DNA of 64,000 nucleotides, taken from the NCBI RefSeq assembly GCF_009914755.1, contig NC_060929.1, one strand, 5' to 3'. Below the pieces are notes generated by a model. The model saw only the letters and a list, made by a program, of their open reading frames with translations. It ran no database searches and was not told where the DNA came from. A program made the position numbers and the translations under genes. Positions 27,811-40,820 of the stretch are shown here, piece after piece (the first letter of the stretch is position 1; each line of letters begins with the position of its first letter). Origin of the DNA: the human T2T-CHM13v2.0 reference genome, Homo sapiens.

Positions 27811-30639
27811 CCAAACATGCACACAGGAGACATCTCCATTCTATTACATGTTAGAGTAAATTTATTTTCTTTTTCAGGTGTAGTATTTCCAAAATATTGT
27901 TCCCACCATTGAATTTTATAGCAGTGGCTCCCAGTCTTTTGGATTTTTAATTCCAATTTTGAAAAAAAAGAATGAGCAAGATTGACAGAGGGAAGCCCAC
28001 CTTTATTTTACTAAGGAAGAACATTTAAAAATAATGATTGCAATAACATGCACACTACTCTTTATACTCACTATCATTTTATAAAACAAAAGGCATGTTC
28101 ACATCAAAATAATAGGAAGGGCATGTTCTTAAAGGACCTTTTTTAAATTGAATAAATTTATCTTTATGAAAAAGACATATCATTTTCCTTGTTTTTCTTG
28201 TTTAACTGCAGGCTGGTGGAAACTGTCTCATGGAGCCTGCCTTTTTGGCAGATTGGATTTGGGAATTATTCTTCTAGACAAAAGGTCTCAAGTATGCCAC
28301 TTATACTTTCTTGGGACACTCAAGATTTTATGGTCATAATTTCATTTTTGAGTTAGTTCTGTCAATTGCATAGCTTTATGTGAGGAGGACTGCAGTTTGA
28401 GTTCAACCTTCTAAATTAAATCAACGAGGTTTTATTGATTTTCAAAATGTGCCTACAATAGTGTAGCCTCATGGAGTTTCAGAAAAGGATGACATAATAC
28501 ATAGTTCCTGCCAGGAGTCAAATTGAAAATTAATTATAGAGATAGGACTGATGCTTATGAAATGCTGATAAATAATGCAAGTTAGAATGTGGGTGAGAAT
28601 GTATAGGAGTTACCCACGCAAACTATAGTAGTCTGGGTGTCTTCACTATGAATGTGGAGTTGAAGTTCAAGGTACACGATTTGGATGAAAGGCAAAAGGA
28701 GCATGTTGCATATATGATTAATTGAATGAGGATTCGTGGATAAGAATGAATGAACGAATGCAGTGTGCTTAGGGGCCATTTAGGGATTCTAGGATACAAT
28801 GGTTTTTAACGTGCCTTATCTTAGGTTTCAGAGCAGAAAACAAAATGGATTCAGCATTGTTTTTTGCTTGTTTTTGAGTCACAATATAATAATTGATTAA
28901 AATTCCTACTTTCTTCTTACTCTCAAAGTGACCATGTTTTTCTCTGAGAAGCGGATGGCTGACTGCTCATTCTAGACATAAATCATTAATAGTCATAATA
29001 AAAAGAATCAGCTACTAAGTAACAGCTTCAGTACTGTAGGTCAGCACCTGAATATCTGGGTGACCTTTCCTAAAATGCCGAAGAGTGCTTCTGACAGTTT
29101 GGGATCGAGGAGCCCTCGTGTGATGCTTCATCACTAATGACAAAATAAATCTCAAGTGTCAAGAAGTGCTGCCCTGAATTCACCTCGACTTTGCCATCAG
29201 CAATGGATTAGGGGCAACATCCATTAGTGCAAGGTAGATCCCGCTATTTATTCACTCACTGCTCTGGGCTGACAACTTAGGTGTCTGCCTGTTTCAGGAA
29301 ACAAAAGGTCACATAGGAGTATCAGTAATGGCCTGCTGGATTTTCTCTTTAGACATTTACTGGAATCTATTATGATCTAGTCTGGTTGTTTTGATATCTG
29401 CCATCTGAACTTTAAAAACAACAACAGAAAAAAAAACTTACAGATAATTTTTTAAGAGAGGGATCTTGGAGGCTTTGTGCAATTATTTTCCTATGAATGT
29501 TGATCAAGCACTGTGTGATCTTTGAGTTCATTTTCAGTCCTGTTTTCCTGCCATACACAATCATGTTCCCATCATCTAGAAATGCACGGACTTAAGCAGT
29601 GAGAGTCCCTGCCCCTCCAGGCCTTTCTGTTGCTGTACAATATCAAAAGATTTAATATGAACATAGATCAAAAATTGTTTTCTTGTTCTGTTCCTCTAAA
29701 ATACCAGTTCCTTTTAGATTTTTATGCTTTGTTTATTCACTGTGCTGATATTAATATAAAGAAGACTTTTCTGGAAAAATATTTTTTAAGGTAGTTATGC
29801 TTAAACTTAAGAAGATTAATACATTTCTCATAAGTCTGTTTTTCACGCATTTTCTGACAAGACACATAGTAGCACTTTTCTTCCAAAATAGCCCACTCTT
29901 CCAATAGCATAAGCCCTTTGCTATAGTCTATTACATCTGCGGCTGTGGTTTCAAGGCAATCATGTCCATATTAATATACTTGATGCTTTTCTTCTGTCTT
30001 CACTGATGCCCTGTGCTGACGCATTTGTTCCAGTTCTTTTCAGTCCAGTGACATGGTACCCTCTTGCTCCTCTGAATTGCAGTTGTACTTAGCTACGTCC
30101 CTGGCCTCCTCCTCTCACTGCCCCCTCTGCTTTCATCTCCTGTTCTCTGCCTTTGTCATTCCTCCTGGCCCGAGACTGCCCCTTCAACCTTGCCAGTGAC
30201 CTCTTCCAGGACGGGCCCAAAGGTCTTTTCTGAGCTCTCATGCTGTGGACACTGTTGAGCAGCCTTTCCTCTTCAGTTTTTCTTCTGAGGTCTTCTCTGC
30301 TCTATCCAGACCCTTCTTCTTATTTCCTTGTCCACACTTTCTTACCTCTGACTTCTTTTCCTTCTTGCCGTCTAAATGTCACTATCCTCAAGGGTTGACT
30401 CTTTCACTTCTTCTTGGCCATATCCTTTGAGCCTGGGTCATATCCTTTCACTTACTCTTGCAGGGAAATCACATTTCGCAAGGCTCTCAACTGCCCTGCT
30501 ATGCTGCCACCTCCCAAGTATGTTTCTTCATTTCCTTACCCCAGCCTTGGTGTTACACTTTCCATTGCCTCTCAGCCATCCCCCCTACCTGTTCAATTAA
30601 TACACACCTACCCTCAGGCAAACGCTTCCTCTAAAGCAG

Positions 30640-30862
30640 GAGTCCATAAATGACAACCAACAGCTCCGATCCAACCCTCTGCCTGATTCTGTAGATAAAG
30701 GTTGGTAGGAACACAACCACACCCATCTGTTTACATGTTGTCTATGGCTGGTTCCATGCCGCAGCAGCAGAGCTGAGTCATTGCAGTAGAGTCCGTATGG
30801 CCCACAGAGTCTGAGGTATTTACTATCTGGCCTTTTACAGAAAGTCTGCCAGTCCTGCTCTA
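30640..30862. mobile_element. MER58A-like DNA transposon fossil
   Basis: GGAACACAACCACACCCAT...GTATGGCCCACAGAGTCTGAGGTATTTACTATCTGGCCTTTTACAGAAAGTCTGCC. Confidence 0.75.
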
Positions 30863-30892
30863 CAGTGCCTTCGCCTTTTCACACTAGGGCTT

Positions 30893-31284
30893 TCTATTAG
30901 TCTGTTTTCACACTGCTATAAAGACCTACCCGAGACTGGGTAATTTATGAAGAAAAGAGTTTTAACTGACTCATAGTTTCACAAGCTTAACAGGAAGCAT
31001 GGCTAGGAGGCCTTGGGAAATTTACAATCTTGGCAGAAGGTGAAGGGCAAGCAAGCATGTCTTACCATGGTGGAGCAGGAGAGAGAGGGAAGGGGGGATG
31101 TGCTGCACTTTTAAACCATCAGATCTCGTGAGAACTCTGTGAGGAGACAGCACTAGGGGGATAGGGCTAAACCATTAGAAACCACCCCCATGATCAACCA
31201 CTTCCCACCAGGCCCCACCTTCAACATGTGGGGATTACAATTCAACTTGAGATTTGGGTGGGGACAAACAGCCAAACAATATCA
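30893..31284 (-). mobile_element. MST/THE1 (MaLR) solo LTR
   Basis: TATTAGTCTGTTTTCACACTGCTATAAAG...AGCCAAACAATATCA. 5-bp TSD GGCTT. Confidence 0.88.
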
Positions 31285-32201
31285 GGCTTTGATTGCTTTC
31301 CTTCCCCACGCAGGAACCCGTAAGTGACTCCTCATTGTCTGTATAAGTAATTTAAATGCTTTTGCTTTGATATTTAGGAGTCTTCTCATACTCATCCAGC
31401 CCAATTATATTTCTCCACACACTAAACCCAGTCATTCCCACCAGACACCTATCCTCCTGACCTTTCCAACCTTCTCATGCCTCCTACGTTAGACCTTCTC
31501 CAGGACTGTTGTGTAGTCCTGAAAGAAAGCAAAAATGCCATTCCACCTATCCTCTCATTGTTCATATTCTCCTTGGTTTTTATTTTTATTTTTTGAAGCT
31601 CCTGAATCATTTCCTGATGGTCAGCTGTATTGACCACTGCTTTATTGATTTGCATGTGTTGCCTGCTCTGCCCTATCCTGCCCTGTTCACATAGAGTAGA
31701 ATGAGGGTTTCTGTTGTGAACATCTTCCTCGCTTGTTTAAGACATGACCCCCCAGACCTACCCGCCTCTTGTATTTCTTTTATCAATTTTGTTATGACCT
31801 ATCCCAAGCTGGAATCCTTAATGTGAACTTCAACTCTTCTTTGCCTCACCTGTCAGTTTACAACAACTATGGACTCTGATAACTGAAAATACTTACAGCC
31901 TTTTCTCTCTTCTCCAAGCCTGCTCTCTTTTTCTTGCCTTAGACCAGGTGGCCATCATTTCTTCCTTGGCCTACTACAGTTATTTGCTCAGGGATAGTCC
32001 TTCAGCTGGTCTTTTTTCCAGGGTCAGTACTAGAATGAGGAAAGCGAGGTGCCTCGGGCGTAAGATGAAAGGAAGCACACACTCTCAGAGTTGTGCACAT
32101 TCAGAGCCAGCACGTGAGAGTGAGGCTCCTTAAATTTTGTGCTCCAGGCACTTCAGGAGATTCAGTGACCTGCCCTAGTCCTGGTGGCCTTTCTCCCTCC
32201 C

Positions 32202-32977
32202 TGTGTTTGGCTATTCCTGCATTGCTATAAAGAAATACCTGAGACTGGGTAATTTATAAAGAAAGGGTCGTGATGCTGCAGGCTATAGAGGAAGCAGAGC
32301 GGCATCTGTTTCTGGGGAGGCCTCAGGAAGCTTCCAATCATGGTAGAAGGTGAAGTGGGAGCAGGCACGCCACATGGTGAAACTAGGATTGAGAGAGAGA
32401 GTGTGTGTGTGTGTGTGTATGTGAGAGAGAGAGAGAGACAGAGAGAGAGAGAGTAGGGGGAGGTGCCACATACTTTTAAATGACCACATCTCATGAGAAC
32501 CTACCATCTTTTTTTTTTTTTTTTTTTTGAGACAGAGTCTCACTCTTGTTGCCCAGGCTGGAGTGCAGTGGCATGATCTTGGCTCACTGCACCCTCCACC
32601 TCCCAGGTTCAAGCAAGCCTCCTGAGTAGCTGGGATTACGGGTGCCTGCCACCACACCTGGCTAATTTTTTGTATTTTTAGTAGAGACAGGGTTTCACCA
32701 TGTTGGCCAGGCTGGTCTCAAACTCCTGACCTCAGGTGGTCTGCCCGCCTTGGTCTCCCAAAGTGCTGAGATTACAGTTGTAAGCCACCATGCCCAGCCG
32801 AGAACCTACCATCTTGAAGACAGCACCAAGACATAAAGGATCCACCCCTATGATCCAAACACCTCCCACCAGGCCCCACCTCCAGCACTGGGGTTTGTGC
32901 TCTCAAACCCATCCAAATCTCATGTTAAATTGGAATTAACATGAGATTTGGGCATGACAAATATCCAAAGTATATCA
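32202..32977 (-). mobile_element. MST LTR containing an Alu and a (GT)/(GA) microsatellite
   Basis: GCATTGCTATAAAGAAATACCTGAGACTGGGTAATTTATAAAG...ATCCAAAGTATATCA. Confidence 0.82.
32511..32799 (-). mobile_element. AluS
   Basis: Poly(T) plus Alu dimer. 16-bp TSD GAGAACCTACCATCTT at 32495-32510 and 32800-32815. Confidence 0.93.
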
Positions 32978-33926
32978 CCACCTCTACCCTCCCCTTCTCT
33001 CCATCTTTCCTCCTTGCAGTTTATCCTTGCAGTTGCTAAAATGATATTTGAAGGAACAGATAATATCTAGTCTGTTTTTCAGCTGCCCCAAGGATAAAGC
33101 TCAACTCCTTGTGTTGACTCCAACTTTTCCTCCAGCCTTCTCTCTTGCCACTCTCCCCCAACCCATGAATTCCACATTCCGTCTACCCTGAACTACCTAG
33201 AGTCCTCTTAGTGTGCTATGCTCTGACACACTTCCAAACCTTTGAAGATGATATTCTTCCCTCCCTTGGAACTTTCCTCCGAGAGTGCCTTTTACTTGGA
33301 GGCTTCTCATTCATTATTCAAAACCCAGTACAACCATCACCCTGTATGTGAAGCTTTTCAGAATTCCCTAGAACTAATTAAGTAGTCTTTCCTTTTTTCC
33401 CCTTAAGCATAATGTACTCACCTTAATTATAGCACATGTTTCATTCTGTGGTAATTACTTTTTGCATGTTTTTAATCTCCCAGGAAACCAAAGGTTCAAA
33501 GCCCCGGCTTCATATTAGAATTTCTTGGAAAGCTTTTAAGAAATACTGTCATCTGAACCCTATGCCAAAACCTTGGTGTTAAGCTTCACATTGCCTCTTG
33601 GATAGAGAAGAAATAGCAAATTATAGATAAAGAACCTCTGGGTGTGGCCTGGCATCAGTGTTTTGTTTTTCTTAAAGCTCTTCAGATGATTCCAGTGAGC
33701 AGCCAGAGTCTGAAACCTTGCTGCACTAGGCTGTGATCTCCTGGAGAGTGAAAACTGTGTCCTATTCAAGTTTGTGGACCTCTCCTCCCTCCCTACCCTC
33801 ATACTTTGCAAGATGCCTGGTTTATAGCAGGAGCTCAAGCAAGAGCTGTGGAATTAATGATCACCTGCTTCATTTGTTCGGTCAGTGATTGGGATTATTG
33901 AAGATTAGGTTCAGTCTATTACCACT

Positions 33927-36481
33927 TGTATTAGTCCGTTCTCATACTGCTATAAAGAAATACGTGAGACTGAATAATTTATAAAGAAAAGAGGTTTAAT
34001 TGACTCACAGTTCTGCATGGCTGGGGAGGTCTCAAGAAACTTACAATCATGGCGAAAGGCACCTCTTCATAGGGCGGCAGGAGAGAGAATGAGTGCTGAG
34101 CGAAGGGGGGAAGCCCCTTGTAAAACTCTCAGATCTCATGAGAACTCACTGACTATCATGAGAACAGCATGAAGGAAGCCACTCCCATGATTCAATTATC
34201 TCCGCCTGGTCCCACCCTTGACACATGGGGATTGTTTCAATTCAAGGTGAGATCTGTGGGGACACAGAGCCAAAGCATATCATTCGACCCCAAGCCCCTC
34301 CCAGATCTCATGTCCTCACATTTCAAAACACAATCATGCCCTTCCAACAGTCCCCCAAAGTCTTAATTCATTTCAGCATTAACCCAAAGGTCCAAGTCCA
34401 AAGTCTCATCTGAGACAAGGCAAATCCCTTCTCCCTATGAGCCTGTAAAATCAAAAGCAAGTTAGTTACTTCCTAGATACAATGGGGTTACAGGCATTGG
34501 GTAAATACACAGATTCCCAATGGGAGAAATTGGCCAAAATGAAGGGGCTACAGGCCCCATGTGAGTCCAAAATCCAGTAGGTCAGTAGTTAAACCTTATC
34601 ATTCCAAAATTATTTTCTTTGACTCCATATCTCACATCCAGGTCACACTGATACAAGAGGTGGGCTCCCACAGCCTTGGGCAGCTCTGCCCCTGTGGCTT
34701 TGCAGGGTACAGTTGCTGCTTTCATGGGCTGGCATTGAGTGTCTGCAGCTTTTCCAGGCACATGGTGCAAGCTGTTGGCGGATCTACCATTCTGGGTTCT
34801 GGAGGATGGTGGCCCTCTTCTCACAGCTCCGTTAGGCAGTGCCACAGTGGGGACTCTGTGTGGGGGCTTGTATCCCACATTTTCCTTCCTTACTACCTTA
34901 GCAGAGATTCTCCATGAGGGCTCTGCCCTTGCAGCAAACATCTGCCTGGACATCCAGGAGTTTCCATACATCCTTGGAAATCTAGGCAGAGATTCCCCAA
35001 CCTTAATTCTTGACTTCTGTGCATCCCCAGGCCCAACACCATGTGAAAGCCACCAAGGCTTGGGGCTTGCACTCTCTGAAGCAATAGCCTGAGCTATAAT
35101 CTGGACTCTTTTAGCCATAGCTGGAGCTGAAGCAGCTGGGATTCAGGGCACCATGTTCCAAGGCTGCATAGCAGCCAGTGAAACAATTTTTCCCTCCTAG
35201 GCCTCCAGGCCTGTGATGGGAGAGGCTGCCATGAAGGTCTCTCACATGTCCTGGAGACATTTTCCGCATTGTCTTGGTGATTCAATGGAGAAATCTCCAT
35301 TGAATTCAGCTCCTGTTACTTATGCAAATTTCTGCACCAGGCTTGAATTTCTCCCCAGAAAATGGGTTTTTCTTTTCTATCACATCATCAGGCTGCAAGT
35401 TTTTCAAACTTTTATGCTCTGCTTCCTCTTGAACACTTTGTGGCTTAGAAACTTCTTCCACCAGATACCCTAAATCATCTTTCTCAAGTTCAAAATTCCA
35501 CATATCTCTAGGGAAGGGGCAAAATGCCACCATTCTCTTTGCATAGCAAGAGTGACCTTTACCCTAGTTCCCAAGAAGTTCTTCATTTTCATTTGAGACC
35601 ACCTCAGCCTGGACTTCGTTGTCCATATCACTACCAGCATTTTGGTCAAAGCCATTCAACAAGTCTCTAAGAAGTCCCAAACCTTCCCACATCTTCCTGT
35701 CTTCTTCTGAGCCCTCCAAACTGTTCCAGCAACTGGCTGGTACCCAGTTCCAAAGTCATTTCCACATTTTCGGGTATCTTTAGAGCAGTGCTTCACTACC
35801 CAGTACCAATTTAGTGTATTAGTCCATTCTCACACTGCTATGAAAAAATACCCAAGACTGAGTAATTTATAAGGAAAAGAGGTTGGCCAGGCATGGTGGC
35901 TCATGCCTGTAATCACAGTACTTGAGGAGGCCAAGGCGGGCAGATCACCTGAGATCAGGAGTTCGATCCCAGCCTGGCCAACATGGTGAAACCCCATCTC
36001 TACTAAAAATACAAAAAGTAGCTGGGCATGGTGGCACACACCTGTGATCCCAGCTATGCAGGAGGCTGAGGCAAGAGAATCGCTTGAATCCAGGAGGCGG
36101 TGGTTGCAGTGAGCCAAGGTTACACCACTGCACTCCAGGCTGGGCAACAAAGTGAGACCTTGTCTCAAACAAACAAACAAACAAACAAAGACATTTAATT
36201 GACTCGCAGTTCCACAGGGATGGGGAGGCCTCAGGAAACTTACAATCATGGTGGAAGGCACCTCTTCACAGGACAGCAGGAGAGAGAATGAGCACTGACC
36301 AAAGCGGGAAGCCCCTTATAAAATCATCAGATCTCATGAGAACTCACTCACTATCATGAGAACAGAATGAGGGAACCACCCCTATGATTCAATTATTTCC
36401 ACCTGGTACTGCCCTTGACACATGGGGATTATTACAATTCGAGGTAAGATTTGGGTGGGGACACAGAGCCAGAGCATATCA
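33927..36481 (-). mobile_element. Full-length THE1 MaLR element (LTR 33927-34282, internal 34283-35814, LTR 35815-36481)
   Basis: Two homologous LTRs TGTATTAGTCC...AGCATATCA around a ~1.5-kb THE1-int. 5-bp TSD CCACT at 33922-33926 and 36482-36486. Confidence 0.92.
35885..36188 (+). mobile_element. AluS inserted in a THE1 LTR
   Basis: GGCCAGGCATGGTGGCTCATGCCTGTAATC...(AAAC)n tail; the LTR resumes afterwards. Confidence 0.92.
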
Positions 36482-37462
36482 CCACTTTTCTCCCTCAGCA
36501 CAGAACTTGGAGTAGGAGAACCTCGCAAGGGATGGGGATCCCATTGGTGTTAAACTGATATGCAATGTCCATGGTACACCACAAGGTGATTCGCTTTAAT
36601 GTTCTTGATTCCTAAGACTTTTAAAAAATTGCTTCAAATAACAAGGGGGCCTGCAGAGCCATACATGCACAAAACACTGTAATGTCTCCTCCCCTGTCTG
36701 ATGGGCATGCTGTACAACAGCCATTTGAGGAACGACATTAGAGAATAGATTGGGCTTCATTATTAGGCCTCTTCTTCTACAGTTTGCTCATTGGATTCAG
36801 GAAAACTGTCTTAGGCCCGCATGTGCTTTTTAGTGCCCAGGTGAACTTAGGTAACAAGTAGCACTATTGCTTGACATGGCATTATCTGCCCATGTTTGGT
36901 CTCTGCTTGGACCAGCAAACTTAAATGTCAGACTTCCCTAAGGTAAAAGTCAAAGATATGCTATAGACTGCATCTGATATTTACAGTTCTTTCTAGCTAA
37001 GAAGAGCTGGCTTTTGTGGTAAATATTCTCTCATGCAAATTAGAAAGGTTTTCCCCCCTTTGTACATATGCCTTTGATGTTATTACTTTCTTTGCTTTTA
37101 TTTGATTTTGTGAAAGTCCACAGATGCTTTTGAACACATAATGGCCCCTACTTGTGGCTACTAAAAATAGTAATTGAAAAAGTGAGGGATCAGTTTTAGA
37201 AGCCTATTAATTATGTATTTAAATAGTTTCAAATTGCAAAAAAAAAAAAAATATGTCTTAGGGATTTAGAAAATTACTCTTTCAGTGCTGTTTCAGGTAT
37301 CTTCTTTTCAGAACTTGAGTTAAGGAAGGTGAAAAGTTGTCATTCCACTTTTTCTACCATTCCAGATCCATCTTCTTTAATTCCTGCTTTTTCTTTTCCA
37401 TCACTATTTTATTTCTCCGCTTTTCTCTTTACGTGATGCCAATAGTAATATTAATAATTGTT

Positions 37463-38000
<538 letters not shown>

Positions 38001-38352
38001 CCCAAAGTTCAGAGTGGTAAATGGTAGTAGAATGAAGACTAAGCATACTGCATTTGATTTAAAAAATAATAAAGTTATTTTTCCCCCATCTTAACCCCCA
38101 TTACTTTAATAATGGATTCACTTCTCAGCACTATTAATGAAAGAATTTAATAGAACAAGTACTGAGCTTGAGATTTCATGCTATCATTTCTAATCAGACA
38201 CAGAATTTGTAACCAGTAATGACAAAAAATAGCAAATTGTGGATAACAAGGAGATGTTACAGCCTACTTAGCATCTTGGGTGGGGGGCAGGGACAGCTGG
38301 AGAGGGACAGTGGTCCCTGGAGTCAGCCTTCTATGGACTCTGATGGAGTCTG

Positions 38353-38825
38353 GCCAAGGGAAGACCACACTCAGCCAACCATTTTGGGGTTCCAGGAGCA
38401 GGGACAACAGGGCAGCAGCTGTGAAAGCTTACACCTCAGTGATTAGGTGGGGAGGGTCCATAAGAGGCCAAAAAGGGAGAGAGGCACCCCACTCCCACCC
38501 CCATGCACACAGAAAGGAAAGGCTGGGCCAACTTTGCAGGACTGACTGACCCAACATCTAGCCCAAACCAAGCATTTGACACAGGCGGAAGCTAGAAGAC
38601 TGGCCTGAGATCTTAAGTATAGTTAGAGGGAGACTAGAGCTAGTCCAGGGTACCTTGGCACCTTTGTCCAAGGATTTTTCTAGCATAAAATGAAAAAAAA
38701 AATGACTCTTTGAGGAAATAGGAGAGACGGAGCTTACACTGATGTGTAAGCTTTCACAGCTGCTGCCCTGTTGTCCCTGCTCCTGGAACCCCAAAATTGT
38801 TGGCTGAGTGTGGTCTTCCCTTGGC
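38353..38825. repeat. 89-bp inverted repeat (38353-38441 / 38737-38825), 295-bp spacer
   Basis: Manual alignment gives 87/89 identity to the reverse complement. Not Alu or L1. Confidence 0.96.
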
Positions 38826-39650
38826 TTCCTAGAATTGACCTTAAGAGGATATCATTTTCAGTGTTGCCTTTGGTAATAAAACAAACCAATTTGCAGTGAC
38901 TATTCCAGTAGCTGATTTCTTTAAGCACAAAGCATACTTTTAGGGGTCTTCAGAGGCATGGTAGAAACCCCCTTACCTGACTAAATCAGGTCTGGTAATT
39001 AGTTGGTTAGTAGAAAAGTTGGTAAATGCAGGAAAACATGCAAAAATATAAATATGTATGTAAATATGGTGTTTTAACCTATAAGCATACATTCGTTTGA
39101 TCATCTTTGGATGCAGAGTGAGAGATTTTTCCTTTGAGTTGGGCTCTTCAAACTGGAGTTCCCCATTGTTTTCTTTGCATCACTACAGTCATTCTGCAGC
39201 TTTGATTTTTAGTCTTAAGTTTCTTTAAAGTGGAGTGAGACCGTAAAAACACATGTGCCTCAATCTGAGCACAGGATCCTTCATCTTAATGATTTTTCTC
39301 AGTCTTTTTTTTTGTATTGCTCACATTGCAATGATTTTCTTTTGCAAGTCATCTTCCCCAAGTCTTTCTTACATTCACTTTCATAGAAATAGCTCCCTTT
39401 CCTTTCACACTCAGATTTCATTATTTATGTGATTGGTGTTAAATTAAATGCATAATTAATAACAAACAGAACTGGCATAAAAAAGTTGGGTACAAACATA
39501 GGTAACTCTTCAGAAACATAAAGTGCTGCTGGTGGAAGCAGAAGGAAGATGGGTGAGTGAAAGGAAAACACTTGCAGTGATGGTTTTTGGTGTGTTTGTG
39601 GGAGGGGTGGTTACTTTATTGGGTTGGTGAAATGAAAACTGGCCAACTGA

Positions 39651-40165
39651 TGTTAAAGGGAAAATTATTTGTAATGCTTGTTAAAGCATAGTCAGGACCA
39701 TCATAACAGGTCTAGGGACCACTGCAATGGGTTTTGCAGTATAAAAGAGAGATCAGGCTCAACTCCTAGTACAAAAAGGAAAAGTGTGAATTTAGAGCCA
39801 AGGTCCAGGGTGGGAGAGTTAGTGGATAGAAAATTACCAAGAGGGATCTACCGCCATATCACCCTGAATGCACCCAGTCTCATCAGAAAATTACCAAGAG
39901 GAAACATTAGGGGTAAAGAAGACTTTGGGTAAGTTGACCTAACTGGATTCTTGCTGAAGACAGAGCAGGGTGATCAGATATTGCCCAGGGGATCTGATCA
40001 GATATTGAAGACAACCAGCCATCTAGAGTCGGGGATTCGCTGACTTGGCAGGATTCTTGCTAAAATTGGGCAATGCAGAAATGAACACAGAAGTCCATAC
40101 TTCATAGTCTAGTTGAGAAGAGTGGTCCAAAGACTAGGGTTTGGTCAAGGAGAGATTGTGTGTCA
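39651..40165 (-). mobile_element. MER31-like ERV1 solo LTR
   Basis: Reverse complement starts TGACACACAATCTCTCCTTGACCAAAC, like the MER31 5' end. TG...CA termini. Confidence 0.7.
39845..39884 (+). pseudogene. Tailless 5S rRNA retropseudogene (5S nt ~1-39)
   Basis: ATCTACCGCCATATCACCCTGAATGCACCCAGTCTCATC vs 5S GTCTACGGCCATACCACCCTGAACGCGCCCGATCTCGTC (31/39, several CpG transitions). Perfect 17-bp TSD AGAAAATTACCAAGAGG at 39828-39844 and 39885-39901. Confidence 0.88.
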
Positions 40166-40463
40166 CTGGGCCTCTATTGTAGACACACCTCAGATTTGTG
40201 GAAGAAACTCTACCTTTGGGAAAACAAATGCACCTACTTCTTATGAAAGAAGTAATAACATCTAAAAAAATGAAGCATTATTTGAGTAACAAAGCTTTAT
40301 TTAATGTCAGTCCATATTATTCTTTTCAACCATTTCCAGAAATGTCCTTATCATTCAACAAAAATCTACTTTTATTTTTCTTTGACTCAAAAATTTTGTT
40401 TTAACCTAAGAAGATCTGCATATAAAAAGTGATTGTGATTGTCACCTCATGGACATTATCAAT

Positions 40464-40820
40464 TGTGTAAGTCAATTCTCACACTGCTGTAAAGAAATAC
40501 GTGAGACGGACTAATTTATAAAGAAGAGAGGTTTAATTAGCCCACAGTTCTGCAGGCTGTACAGGAAGCGTGGCTAGGGGGGCCTCAGGAAACTTACAAT
40601 CATGGTGGAAGGCAAAGGGGAAGCAGGCATGTCTTACATGTCTGGAACAGAAGGAAGAGAGAGAAGAGGGAGGTGCTACACACTTTTAAACAACCAGATC
40701 TTGAAAAGCAAAAGGGAAATCTACCCCCATGGTCTAATCACCTCCCAGGTCCCACCTCCAACATTGGGAATTACAATTTGACATGAGATTTGGGCAGGGA
40801 CACAGACCCAAACCTTATCA
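40464..40820 (-). mobile_element. MST (MaLR) solo LTR
   Basis: CACACTGCTGTAAAGAAATAC...GACACAGACCCAAACCTTATCA. TCAAT/TCAGT flanks. Confidence 0.85.

Noticed and set aside
34561-35655. ORFs of 60-178 aa
   Set aside because: They lie within the THE1 internal sequence and are decayed MaLR-derived frames.
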